Below, in pieces: positions 1-17,715 of a stretch of 37,576 nt of DNA. Both the position numbers and the translations under genes were made by a program. This DNA is from Hyphochytrium catenoides (Eukaryota > Protista > Hyphochytriomycota): contig FLMG01002293.1 in assembly GCA_900088475.1 (NCBI GenBank), forward strand, positions 1 to 37,576. The letters run 5' to 3'. The notes beneath the pieces are model-generated. The model was not told where the DNA came from, made no database searches, and was given only the letters and a program-made list of their open reading frames with translations. Within the stretch, counting starts at the first letter, position 1; each line of letters begins with the position of its first letter.

Positions 1-474
1 TCTTTCTTTCTCCCTTTGCCACACATCCCTTGAGCATAGGGCCTCGACAGCTATTGTCCTTCCGAAGTGTAAATATGGTTTAGCACAGTAGCTTTTATCG
101 ATATGGTACATATCAACCACAAACACTAGACATAGAGGCTTCGCAGACAGAGAATGTTGATAAAGCAATGGAGAATGGGAAGCGGCAGTAGAAAGGTAAA
201 TATATGGCATCATCGACATAGGAGAAGAAGGAAGAAGAACTGAAGTAGGAAGCAGGAGGCTCGACGTCACTCTGAACCCAGCCAAAAGCGCAGACCTGAA
301 TGAGGAACAATGTACGCTAACATTAGGCTAACCCAAGAGCTAGTAGACGTTCTCTTGCTTGCAATTGCGCCCGTCTCACATCCTGCACAGCTGGTAGCAG
401 GAGAGGGTTAGCCCGTACCCAGCATACGCTGTTTCTTCGTTAACGCTTCTCCTGTTGCAATGTCCTGTGCTCTC

Positions 475-2100
475 CTACTGGCTGAGGACAACTCCCTGCT
501 TACCTTCTTTCAGTCCCGGTGACAACATAGAGCTCATAATCGCGGTTTTCCAGCTCTCATGCTCGGCCATATCAACGAAGGCTGGTGATGGCTCTCCGCC
601 TTCGAGCGGGGTCGTCCGCTGTTCTTCCTTCGCAGGGCCTATGCTTGCCGGACGATCCCCATCGCTGCCATCATCCTGATCCATCTTAGAGCCTCGCAAA
701 TTGTCTCGTCTGGTTGTTCCTAACCGCTTCTCCCTTTCTTCATCATCCATTCCTATGGTACAAAGTGGCATGGTAAGTCCCTTTCCAGGTCACATGCAAT
801 CGATAAAGCATCAAAGAATGGCCATAGAGATGTAAATCGAGGCATCGCTACCGGTTCCATCGGCGTCAACACAGTTCCGTTTTCTCTTCTGCTGCTTGGA
901 TGATTTTTCAGCGTTCAGCTCTGGCAGAAAACCCTGTATAATTTTAGAAGATAACGGGCTGCGTTGGTCTCTATCTCTTTGTGAGCCTAATCGCCCTGTG
1001 CTCGCTCGTTCCCGATAGTGTCACTCTTGCACCATGCCTCTTACTCTACACCTTGGAGCTTCCTTGGCGCCTCGACAGACACCACGGTCTTCCCTGACGG
1101 GAACTTCCAAATAGCTCTGGACCATATGCACTCACCAGGATCTGTTCGCACAGTCTCGCGAAATCTGAGGACTTCGCGTTCACCAACTCCAGCAGCCTCC
1201 GCTTGTCTACAGGTCTCTAGAGAAGGAGGGAGCTTGTCAGTCAAGGGGACAGCAGCCCAGTACCAAGTAGGTAGCAATTCGAACCAAAGTGCGGCAGAGG
1301 GTGGCGGGAACTTGGAGAGGAGATGGAACTCACCTTATCCTTGGCACAGGACAAATACAATATGGCAGCAAAGACGATGGGCCGCTCGAGCTGCGCATCT
1401 TTCCGCCTCACCATGGACAGAGACTGACAATAGGCTTTCTGACAATTCATGGACAATGCAGACGTTTAACACGAAGAGAGCAACAAAGTAAGGAGATAAA
1501 AGATGGAGGCCGGGTAAATAAATTTAAGCCAAAAGAGCGATAGAGAACTAGGAGGATTTGCTTTGCCTATTCAAACTTCAGAGGTAGTAGGGTGCCGTGC
1601 CTTATACATCTCCAGGTTTCTCTTGGCAGACTCGGTGACTTCAGTCACTCCAAACTGCACTGCAAGATGCGAGATAGAAGCGGACGGCTGCTGATTATCT
1701 TGCACTATATTTTGGGCCACCGTCACTGCCGTCACAAGGTTCTTGACGACACAACCTGATAACTTTGCCAGTTTACGTTGGTCCACAGCCTCACCAAATT
1801 CCCTAATGCCATATACAAATGAGTGTCACCAAAGGTTGAACCGTAAAAGTCCTCTTCGACTCTGAGGCACGTTACCTGCATGCAAGGTATAAAGACGCCG
1901 CGGGAAGGCATATTGAGAGCTAAAATAGGAGGCGCGGCCAGGTTTAGACCATAAGCAGCAGAGTCCAGAAGCTCATAAACTTCTACCTGCCCGGCCTTTA
2001 GTGCATTATGCGTTGACGTGCGTCTCATTATCTCTTGGGCCCTGGTTAAGACCTTCCTGTTCGTTACGCTTGCCCGCTTGGAGAGCGTTGAAAGATCCAT
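475..2100 (-). CDS. ORC6: Origin recognition complex subunit 6 (multi-exon, ~7 exons)
   Basis: Spliced exons read MDLSTLSKRASVTNRKVLTRAQEIMRR / LSICLPAASLYLACR / VDQRKLAKLSG..SISHLAVQFG..LEMYK / KAYCQSLSMVRRKDAQLERPIVFAAILYLSCAKDK / RPVDKRRLLEL / C-terminal HESWKTAIM. This is colinear with plant and animal ORC6 motifs (LAVQFG, RPVFxAAAFYL, YEEWK). The 3' end could extend to ~408 if a further intron exists. Confidence 0.85.
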
Positions 2101-3251
2101 TGCTCCCCGGGCCAGTCGAAATAGTGTCACCAGGAAACCGGCACAACTCCGGGCGGCAGGGCAATTGCTCTTATAGGTCACCCCCTAATCATGGTTAGCA
2201 TCTCTCCTCACCGACGGTCAGGTAGTCAAGACACGAGGCTGCGGCGCGATCCACGGCAGGCTCACAGCCTTTATCAACGCACTCAGCGCCGTCAACCAGC
2301 CAAACTTGTGCCGTGCCTTCCTCCTTTCTTGCTTCCCTTCGGCCCCTTGCGGCAGAACATCTGATCTCTCCCTTGTCGTGCCTTTCGCTGGATCTCTATT
2401 TATTTTTTTCAGGTAGCCCCTAATACTTTCGAATTTGGCGGGAAAAGAGGAGCTCATTAGGAATAGTGAGGCAGGTTTTAAGTCTATATTATAGAATTGG
2501 TCTGATGTCTCCTTCTTAGATTCCTTATAAATAGCAATGCCCTTCTGGTCCTTTCTTAGTTTGGTGTCCCCTCATTTACTTTCGGTACGCTTCAACGGCC
2601 TCAGTGTTAGAAAGAACAATTGCTTGAAGAATGCACTACTGCTAGGGGTTATCAGAATGACGCATCTCTATAGGAATGGCCTAGTTCAAAGAGTTGAGTT
2701 CAGGGAGACCCGCATCCCGGAGAACAGGATTGAAATCGTTCTATGGACGAACTAGCCCTAGCACCAGCCAGAAACAGCGTCCAGAAGGAAAGTTGCGGCC
2801 GACGGGAGCCGAAGCTGTGTCCCTGTTGTGCCTTCTCAGAGACGGTAGTCCCCTCCTATGCTACGGAGCTGCCTTTTGACTGCACGGAGTTACCAGCGCA
2901 TTGACTATTCAACTTAGCGGACATCTATGCCAGGCCGCTGGCAGAACACATTCGGACTACTCAGCCCATCTGGTGGGTCTTCGCTACTCCACCAAGCACA
3001 GAGGTTGTGGAGGAGGTCGATTGCAGCATGAAAGGCTTTGGATGGTGATATACGTACAGGCAATAGAATGAGCTTTGTTTCTATCAAGCTTCTCCCATTG
3101 GCTCAGTTCTCTAGCGCTTCCTACTCATTCCCTCTCAGTTGCATCACTTGGCTCCTCTGATGTTATCCTCGCCCTGTTTCACATCCTAGGAAACTTGTAA
3201 TGCCCTCTCTAGCTTACGCTAAACGGAAAGCGTCTAAGCCGGTTGCGAAGC

Positions 3252-5375
3252 TCAACTTCTAGACTTCCAGTCCATAAAGTCATCGATCAGGACCGGCCAA
3301 GCCCCTGACGTAATAAGAAAAAGAGTCAGAGACAGGAACAGGTAGGACCCATAGGGACGGGGCATAGATGCAACCATGCAAGTGGAGAGAAGCGTTTGTG
3401 ACATAGCTGGAAAGCAGATAGAAAGGAGACAAGATGAAAGCCAGCACATAGAGACGAAACTCGGACACGAAGGGAAGCTACCGTTCGGATCATAGTGCTC
3501 AAAGCCTTCTTTCATGGCCATCATGAATTGGAGGATTTGTGACCAGGTATCCTTGGATATTGGGTATGTATGGTTTTCCTAGCACGACCAACAGAATGGG
3601 CAAGACATCAAGTGATGCGGGTAACGGCGGCGCATGAAAAGAGAGGCGCAAACCGACAACACTGGTCGGGAAAGAGGGTAGATAGCAAGGACAGGAGGCC
3701 TGATCTTGAACATTCAAGTGGATCGAAAGTGGCCAACATATAGGAGTTGACGCGGTAATCGCGACGCTTAGGGCAAGGCTTTAGTAGACATCCAACCACC
3801 GCATTTACCTCTAAGAACCTGCACCACTCCAGAATCTCCGGGTACTTGGTACCAAGAAGGATTCTCCACAAAGGTAGCGCCACCTCTAGACTGAGACTCT
3901 TCTGTCCAGGTTCCTTCGCGAAGGTGAAGGAATACATGTAAATTTCCTTCAAGCTCTTTTCATCTTCTAGTTGCGTCCGCAACTCGGGCAGCTTCCCTTT
4001 CAGTCTATCTACGCTATCAGCGCTGAAAATCAATTTCCAAGAACGTGAAGGGCAAATGCCGCAGACAGAAGTGAGACAGCGAGAAAGTGAGAGATACCGG
4101 CTCATCAGCAGCAACAGGGTCTCATGAATCACTACTTTAGAATATGGAAGACTTCATAAGGAAGCAAAGACTGAACCTGGCGCAGGGGAAGTGACGTCTT
4201 AGAGAGAAGTTGGAGGGGCGAGAGATAAACAAGAAAAAGAGAAAGAGGTTACGGGAAGGAACGAGAAGTAAAAGTTGTCAATCGATGCCATAAGCGCATT
4301 CGCAATGACCTACCCTATGCGTTCCAGTCCTTTAACCCATTCTTCCCTGGTAAAGACACACATCGTCGCCGCCTCCATATACCACGACAGGACCAGCATA
4401 ACTGGATCCTCAGGGTCTAGCCCTAGGTCGCTGCAGAATTGTGCTATTCCATCCTCATAAATAAAGTCAGTGTCCTCTTTGTCCGAGTACTTAGAGAACC
4501 AGCTGGACAGAAGAGCTTGATCCACATGGTCTCCCGTGCTGAGAAAAAACAACAATCATGAGAAGGTGCATGGTTAGTGGGAATACCAGTAAACGAAAGA
4601 ATTCAGCAGCAGCTGAAGTATCAGTAAATGCATATTCACGGCCAGGTAAAAGGTCAAATGATAAGGATGTTTTCATGGCCGGCCACTAGCATGGTGGCCA
4701 TGGAGTCTATGGTTAGAGGTTTACAGAGGTGAAGACGAGAGCAAGAGGAGAGAAAAGCAAATGACGAGAAAGAAATAACAACGGAAAGAAGGGATGGAGG
4801 GAGCCCACGGCAAATCCATGCCTTAGAACAACACACATACTTCTCCGGTTCTGGCATGTAACCCCTAGCAAAGAACTCGTCCACAGCACGAGCAAGCTCC
4901 CACTTGCACTCCTGCAGAAGACCCACAGCCTGCTGGGTGCTGATTGAGGGAGCCATGGAAGGGTTGTGGCAAGGGTTAGATATGCGAGAAGGCTCAGACT
5001 TACCATAACAAAGAAGTAAGTTAGGAGAAGTAGGAATTTGGCTGCAAGTACAATGCGAGGTTTATGGGTAATAAGGAGGAGAGAAGAAACTAATCCTTCG
5101 TCATGGTCAGTTTGAGAAGCCCACAGTTGGTCTTCGAGCAAGCTTCCAGCACGCTTTCTAGTCGTTATGTACGTTTAATGTGTTTCAAACTTTTCCCGAT
5201 CTTAACCACTCTTACCTGGCGCCAGTAAAGGTCTTCATCTCCCTCAAGCATTTCTCTTGTTGGGGATTGAGGTTTAAGCGTCTCAAGTTCTGCCGAGGAA
5301 CATGGCAACCACGACACATCAGCGACTTAACGGAGTCCGACCGAGGGGTAAAGAGACGAATACTTGTACCATCAT
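3252..5375 (-). CDS. DCN1: DCN1-like protein (UBA-like + PONY/cullin-binding domain; NEDD8 co-E3)
   Basis: Exons read LNPQQEKCLREMKTFTGAS-TQQAVGLLQECKWELARAVDEFF (UBA-like), FSKYSDKEDTDFIYEDGIAQFCSDLGLDPEDPVMLVLSW, EIYMYSFTFAKEPGQKSLSLEVALPLWRILL, ISKDTWSQILQF, YDPNGAWPVLIDDFMDW. GT-AG introns are phase-consistent. The start at 5375 assumes an ATGATG micro-exon followed by an intron at 5369-5290. Confidence 0.93.
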
Positions 5376-6156
5376 GCTCATGTTGGATTAACCAGAGCTC
5401 GCCAGGAACAGAGGCAAGGTCCCGGCCATATGCCTGAGCAAGGCAGGGTCCAGAGCAGGGCAGGGTCCAGAGCAGGGACTTTCCCTCTCGACCAAGCCCA
5501 CCCTTAATGACCAAACACCGATTGGGCTGAAGGAAGATCGCTTAGTGCTTATAAGGAAAGTCCAATGAAGACCAAGTTAAGCCTCTCCTCATGTTCCAAG
5601 TGGCAGTGCGTCAGCTAGTGCAGTTAGTCTCTCTCTCGACCTTCAACCTAGACCTCGACCTTCGTTCTTTCACCTGTCATCAACATCGAAGAAGGCCAGA
5701 TTGTTTCCCAGATCCCAGATCTCAGCCTTTCTAACAAGATTCTTGAGATTTTTGGGCTTCCCTTGGCAAATGATAACCGGAGGAAAATCAAATATCCGAT
5801 ACTGTTTTGTAAGGCACCTCCAGCCCTCCCCCTGGACCACTGGATGATGGTTTGGCACCAGCCGCTTGAAGACAAGAACCGACAAGAAGAAAGTCAGGCG
5901 GCAAAGGCACAGCAAGGACCAATGCACATTCGCAGTTACTCGTCAACTGATGAGACGCCAGCGAACTCCTCTCTCTCTCAGAGAATAACGACGACGCTCT
6001 AAGGTGGATGAGGACGGCCTACTGCCATTCAGTCGCAGGCTGGTAGCTGCTAAGAGTATTGAAAGGTCTGGGCTCGTCTACTAGGTGACGGCCTTAGCAC
6101 ACTACCAGCTTTCCCGTTGCTGCTGTTGCTGGCGCAAGCCGTGTCCGCTTTCGCAT

Positions 6157-11348
<5,192 letters not shown>

Positions 11349-11610
11349 AGAGGTCTAGGCTCCGCCCATTGCCCATCCAAGGCTTATATGTAAAGACATC
11401 TTGCGCTGTGATGGCCGGTATTTCTCTTTATGGACTCTACGTTGCCCTGTGGCGCCGCGGAGGAAACAGATAAATTAGCTGAGACGTAGAATGGAGCTAG
11501 AACAATTGTGTCGGGACCGATGGAGAGACGTCGACACAGATCTTGCTAGTCTTCTGACACCCATTTGTAACATAAGCACAAGGGCTATCTCCTTCTTACC
11601 TCTTCGGACC

Positions 11611-14600
11611 TTATCGCTCTCTTTCGCAGGGCGGCGGTCGAGGCAATTGTGAATAAAATGGGAGGAGAGACGCCCCTGCACTCCGTTCAAGAGCCTCCTC
11701 TATTGCTACGACTCCCGCAAGCCGTCGTTGTTTCTCTGTCACCATTACCTGCTCCAAGCAGGTGCGAAGCGGCTGAATTTCATCTTGGAAGCTTTTTGCT
11801 GCTCTCTCCCTCTCCATCTCTTTGACTTCCTTCACATATGTCATGTCTAGCGGGTGGCAGCAAACGTTAGTCTCACAAAGGAAGCGAAGCGTGGATAGAG
11901 CATATAGGACCTACTCAAGAGAAAGGAGGACACAGAGAGAGCCAGTGTGGTGGCTTACTAGGGTGCTCGAAGTGCTTGGTGGCTGTCTTCATGTTGATCC
12001 AGAAGGGTTTTCCAGACCGAGGCTCCACCTGAGGAACCTGCAGGGAGAGGAGGTTGTCAAGGATGTGTAGCACTGCCCAATCACGAGAGGGACAGATTTC
12101 GAACAGAAGAGGTCATAAAAGAGCATGAATGGTTGGAGAAAGATGTCACGGTCTCTGCCCTGCCCAAGTGTGTCTGGGATGAAGGTGCATGTGTGCTGAG
12201 ACAGGACTAAGGAATGCATAGAATAGGTAGACGGTCGCGCCTAGGAAAGGCTCGGTGAAAGGCCAGGTGAAGGGAACAATCAGATGGAGGAAAGGGCTCA
12301 AGCATCGAGAAAAAGAACGTTTCGACGCAGATTGTCCAGCTGGATCAAAGCATGAAAGAGAGAATGCGAAGCGCGTTAGAGCTCCAGAAACGTGTGACCG
12401 ACCCAGTCGCCTTGCAAGGGCGCTTGCAGGATGCTAGCTGTCAGCTTAGCCTCATATTTCTAGCAGACAGAGCCACGGAAAGGGAAGCAGAATGTCAACC
12501 ATGAAGGAGGGAGAAGGTCAGGAGTAGAAAAGACCTGTTAATGGGAGAGGAAGAGAGAGAAAAGAGAGAGTGGCATGGCCCTGGAAAGGCGGCAGCTAGA
12601 GGATAGAGTTTCCCCTTGACTTGCCCCTGGCCGTTGTAGAAACCATGGAGGGATAAAGGACGAGGCAAGAGTAGTTACCTCCCAGGAAGACAGGAAGCGC
12701 TTCTCCTCTTTGGCCAACTCCTCCTCAACCCTCCTCTTCTCCAGGTTCGCCATCACATGCCAATGGACCATGTCCTTCAGCGCTGGAGCCACTGCCTTCA
12801 GATGATATTACCGAAGGAACCGCAAGGCATGGAATGGAGTTAGATGATATGTGAATGTTGGGATAGGATGCTGCTCTTTGAGAGTTTAGCCTTCTTAGCG
12901 AAAGTCGAGACAGACGACCACAACTAGAGCTATAGAGACAAATGAGATGACCTTGAGACATTGAAGGTGGAAGCAAGTAAGAAGTGAACTCTACAGAAGA
13001 CAAGCGGACCTTCTGTATGGAGGAAATAGCTTTCCATCTTCCTTCTGCAAGCCGCCTCCGCCTCAACTGCCTGGACTCACGCAAGCGCATCGCGCGCTTT
13101 CTCGCCTGGTAACCGCGAGTGTACGCTTGCAACCTGATAAAGCAAAAGCAACTTAATAAAAGAAGGTAAATTAGAGAGAACACAGGGAAGTGGTAGAGCC
13201 TCTGGTGGACGGAACCTCTTGACCGAACAGAAGGAGAATAGGAGGGCACCGAAGAATCAAAAGATGCCAAGGAACAAAGAGTCTACATAGAGAAGAAAGA
13301 CAGTCTCCCCTTCCCAGTTCTCTGGACCATCGACCTGCTTATGGGGTTGACCGCGCCTTTTGCTGCTCTTCTCCAGCAGGAGAGCAATTCATTCACAGCG
13401 GTAGAGTCGGCGAGAAACACTTGGTAGAGTCGAAAGAGCCACCGCTGTCGCTTGCATCTCCGCCAGTATCTCTGAATCTTCGTCGCCTATGGATGGCGGA
13501 TGGGATGCCGGCAAACAGCCAGACACAAACAAGCGTCGACTAGAGAGTTAGTGCGGAGGCAAACCAACGCCTTGCGGTGAACTGCAGACAGAGGAATGAA
13601 TAGGAGGGAAGCAGCAGAGCTTGATGGGAAGGAAACAAGGGAAGAGTAGCCACGTCATAGCCGACGAGAAGGTAGTGGACGGACTCAAGAGCCGCGGAAG
13701 GATCCGAGTGAGAAGTCCTGAATCGAGAGAGAAGAAACTCAATGGGGAAAGCACTTGCCAGTGTTCCTTGCCTTCGTACTTCAATGTTTTGGAGGGAGAC
13801 CTTTCGACCATAGAGCCTTCGGTACCAGCGCTAACAGGTAGTGAGAGATGTATCCGAGGGAGGTTAGAAGTGAAGATGTAAGCAAGATTGCTGACGCGCG
13901 TGTCTAGGCTCTTCACCTCTATGCATCGAGCAGCTTGTCTCTCTCTTCTCTTCCAGTTTTCCTTTCTTGACGCGTACAGCTTCCAGACTCTCTTGATCCG
14001 CAGTGCGCAGTGGCGTCTGTGGACGACTTCAGCCTTCTGACCTGCAAGGATAAGGTTTGAGAAACTCCGTGGATACTTCTTCTCCCTAATGAAGTCCGTG
14101 GGAACTTCCAGCCTCTCTCTCTCTCGTCCGTTGCGGCCGTACAACCTTGTTTCTCTTTATCTCTTCACTTTTCTCTCATTCATACGCCTCGCCTTAATCC
14201 TGGCCTAAGGCTAAAGCTGTGCCTTGCCTCTCGTTTCTATTGCTGATTATCTCTCTCCTCTCGTTTGCTCCATAGTGAGCCTAGCGAACGTCCTTACGTG
14301 TCTGCCAGGACCTCTCCTCGTCCCTCTCCATCCGCAGTCGCGCCAGAAAGCTGATTTCAAGCTCTTCCTCTTGTTGACCAAGTGATCTTCCTGTGGATGG
14401 TCTTACTGCCTGATGTACAGAAAACATAAAGGACAGTGTTTACCTCTGAGTTCACGTATGAGCTCTCTGGCCTGGAGGATACGCTCAAAGTAAGGGATTA
14501 GGCTGCCAGGCCGATGCTCTTTAACTATAAACTTCTGACTTCTCTCTTTCTCTTCTTCGTCTTCTCTTTCTGCGATGCCAAGACTGTGGAGAGTCTGTGC

Positions 14601-15444
14601 AAAGTTCTCTTGGGATTGTCGACTAAGCCCTACGACATAGAAAAGTTGAGAAGCTATAATCTCACAGGAATTTTTATGGGAGAGATTGGTAGGTTTGGGG
14701 GCGTAGAAGAGAAGAGACACAGAGCGAGACGGAGACGGGACACACAGAGAGGTCCGGCACATAGCGGAAAGAGCAGGAGAGGTCCCATCTACCTTGAAGG
14801 CGCTTCAAGAGCCAACGGGAGCCTTTTGGACCGCGTAACAGCTCCACTATCCATTTCTGCTGTGGATGCGCCTGCATACGGAGGAAGAAGAAGAGGCAAG
14901 GATCCTTGAGAATGGGAAGCTGCGAGGAGGACAGGCAAGAAAGGTGCTGGAAGAAGAAGAAAGATAGATTTACAGGGTGGTAAGAAGAGGTTGAAGAGAA
15001 GAAAGTGTTGGCCTGTCTTTCGGCAGGGTTGAGATCGGAAGGCCTCGGAGTTGATCTAATTCTCTGAGAGTATGGTCCTAGCCTCTCTATTCTTACCTTC
15101 AACTGTTCCTTAAGGAAGAATAGCAGCTCTTCAACAAACAAGTCCATCCTGCAGAAGCTGTGTCAGCGCTAAGGCGGTAGCTTCAAATGCGGGCATCCGC
15201 CCCTGTCTGTCTTTATTTCGATTGATTCCCGGTCCAACACCGTCTTCAGGCTGCCGATGATGTCTCTTCCGTCACTCTCCTCTCTCCTTCCATCTCCATT
15301 GCTCTCCCTATCGCGCTGAACACCCTTAAACCTCGTCTTCTGACGTTGCAGATCGCTCTTCGTCTGCCTGTGACCTTTCGGTGTTCCGTACTTACTCTTC
15401 TCTCTCCTCGTCACTGTCCTCTCCCAGTCCTGTCTTGGAGCCAT
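11611..15444 (-). CDS. IQ calmodulin-binding motif protein (multi-exon, basic/coiled-coil)
   Basis: Exons carry IQ-like motifs ATKIQRYWRRCKRQ (~13450-13490), RLQAYTRGYQARKRA (~13090-13135), ALRIKRVWKLY and AISSIQK. Start MAPRQDW at 15444. The exon structure is only partly resolved. Confidence 0.6.
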
Positions 15445-15927
15445 GTGACGCTGATAATGAGGGTGAAGGAGATATTCTGCGCCAGGCGCGCTCTTCTTCT
15501 TCTAAAGGGCGGACGAGGAAGCAGAGTTAAAAGTCATGAAAAGGGAGAGAAAGTGGTCCAAGGAGACACCGCGGAAGTTCGTAAGAAGTTGCAGACCTCG
15601 GCGCCACTGTTCTCTTAGCTCAATTTCCTTTCTCTTGTGCTTGTGCCTTGCGCCGCCTGAAGGGTTCTGTACATGCCCAGGACAAGGCATCAAGATATGC
15701 GAGGCGGGTCCCGTGGCGAATGTTAGCCGAACAGAGAGCGGGAGGACAATAAACAGCAGATTAGCCTGTGAAGATTAATCAGAGGCGAGAGGGCCGTTGG
15801 CAGGTGGCTATGGCCACAAGCAGTGAAGTCGAATAGAGAAATGGGAAGAACTCTTAAATTCATACGGACACAGGAGAGAGAAGGAGATGGCGAGAGAAAA
15901 GGTGGAGGAGGAGATTTATGGTAAAGG

Positions 15928-15948
15928 GGGAGAGAGCGAGAGAGAGAG

Positions 15949-16000
<52 letters not shown>

Positions 16001-16102
16001 ACAGACGACAGAAAGAGAGAGAGACAGATGAAGAGAGAGAGACAAAAAGAGAGAAAGAAAGAGCTGAATTGTGCCCAATCGACTTATTACAAAGACAAAG
16101 AG

Positions 16103-16141
<39 letters not shown>

Positions 16142-16166
16142 AAGAGCTGAACTGTGCCCAACCGAC
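15928..16166. repeat. (GA)n microsatellite block containing a 36-nt direct repeat (16048-16083 and 16131-16166)
   Basis: Long GA runs; agagagaaagaaagagctgaaYtgtgcccaaYcgac occurs twice with 2 mismatches. Confidence 0.9.
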
Positions 16167-16183
16167 CCACTCTATATCCAAGT

Positions 16184-17305
16184 CTATGATGGAACATTAG
16201 CGATTAGGGAGTCGGCAGGTCCTGCCCGCGTTCTTCCTTTCCCTACCTTATCCAGAAGATCTAGATCTTCTTCTCGGGCCAGAAGAATCCTTATGATCCT
16301 CTTGAGCGCCGTCGCTTTCTCTCTTTCTCTCTCCCTTTTCTTCTCTTCTTCCCTTGCCAGATCGTCTGACGACGACAGAAGCGCCTTCTCTGAGGCTTGA
16401 GTAGGAGCGAGACTAATAGGAGAAGAGGAAGACATAAAGATAGGAAAGAGACTTGACGACGTCGCCCGCTTCCCTCTTCCATGCTCTGCCAGCAATGCTT
16501 CTGGTGCCCGGGCCCCTAGGCTCTCCCGCTCAAGCGCCGCATCTCTCGTCTGACGCTGATGCATTGCTTCGCGGGATGAGTATTCTGGTCTTCCTGGTCC
16601 ACCTGCAACTTGGTTCCTCCCCTGGGAAGCTCTTCCCGGTCCCTGGCCAGCCACTTCTTTCCTTCCTTCTCTGTCCTTATAAGCATCCTCAAGAGCCGAA
16701 GAAGTGGAAGAGGAGAGAAGAGAGGAGGAGAGGAGACGCGCGCCATCTCTGCCCTCAGTATCCGGTCTCAATGGTACCGGTTGCGTGACAGGAAGACTAG
16801 GGAAGAAAGTGATGTTGGGGGCAGTGCTTTTCTTTCCTCCTCTCTTATGAGCCATAGCGCCAGAAAAACAAGGGCAGAACTCGCACGTCTGACCGGTTCC
16901 CTCTTCTCTCTCCCTCTCTCGCTCTCTCCTCCTTTCTTTCTCTCTATCGGTGAGGTCGCGGTGTTTCCTTCTCATCACCCTGTGCTCTCTGATGAAAGTC
17001 CAAAAAGGTCGCCCTTCTTCCCGTGATGGAGATGAGCTCCTTTCCTCCATTTGTCTCCCTCTCTCTCTCTCTCTCACGCTCTCCTCTTTCTCTGTCTCTC
17101 TCTTTCTCTCTGTCTCTCTCTTTCTCACTGTCTCTCTCTCTCCTTCTCTCTCTCCTTCTCTCTCTCCTTCTCTCTCTCCTTCTCTCTCTCTCTCTCTCCT
17201 TCTCTCTCTCCTTCTCTCTCTCTCTCTCTCTCTCTCCCATGGTCCGTCCTGCAGCTGTGTGACCTTTGGTTCTGTGTACTGTAGCCCTTTGATGCTGACA
17301 ACCAA
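16184..17305 (-). CDS. Hypothetical protein, charged/low-complexity; structure unresolved
   Basis: The 373-aa frame is partly microsatellite-derived, but its 3' part (EKALLSSSDDLAREEEKK..ALKRIIRILLAREEDLDLLDKV) looks like a helical coding exon. Confidence 0.25.
   Translation of the reverse strand: MVVSIKGLQYTEPKVTQLQDGPWERERERERRRERRREREREGEREGEREGEREGERETVRKRETERKRETEKEESVRERERGRQMEERSSSPSREEGRPFWTFIREHRVMRRKHRDLTDREKERRREREREREEGTGQTCEFCPCFSGAMAHKRGGKKSTAPNITFFPSLPVTQPVPLRPDTEGRDGARLLSSSLLSSSTSSALEDAYKDREGRKEVAGQGPGRASQGRNQVAGGPGRPEYSSREAMHQRQTRDAALERESLGARAPEALLAEHGRGKRATSSSLFPIFMSSSSPISLAPTQASEKALLSSSDDLAREEEKKREREREKATALKRIIRILLAREEDLDLLDKVGKGRTRAGPADSLIANVPS
17040..17237. repeat. (CT)n microsatellite with 12-nt tctccttctctc superperiod
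   Basis: Seen directly in the sequence. Confidence 0.9.
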
Positions 17306-17715
17306 TCAGAAATATAGTTTGTAATGTCCCTGATAAGCCATACATGTCGAAGAGTATCAGGAATATTAGAGAAATGGACTGAGCGTTAGCCGCTCCTATT
17401 TCCCTGGTGATGGTCATCTCCCGTGTTTTCTGGCTCTTTGTCCTCGTCTGGCGTGATGGCTTTCTGGCTCTCTCTCCCTCGGGATAAACTCCGTTTCGTC
17501 GTCTATCTCTCCTCTCTCGCTTCTCTCTCCTTGCTCTCTCTCGCCATCTCGATCTCCATTCCTTTCTCTCTCTCTCTGTCTCTCTCTCCTTCAATGCAAG
17601 CAAGTCCTTCTTGCTTGTTGCTTGATAGAGGCGAGATGGCGAGAAGATGAAAGAAAGGGCAAGAGGATAAGGGCAAAGGCGGGAGACCGAGAGCTAGCTG
17701 CTTCGAAGCTAAATA

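Noticed and set aside
2537-3060. Short + ORFs between ORC6 and DCN1
   Set aside because: No recognisable motif or consistent exon chain.
15723-17603. Many long overlapping ORFs (SLSLSL / RERERE)
   Set aside because: These are artefacts of stop-free (GA/CT)n microsatellites.
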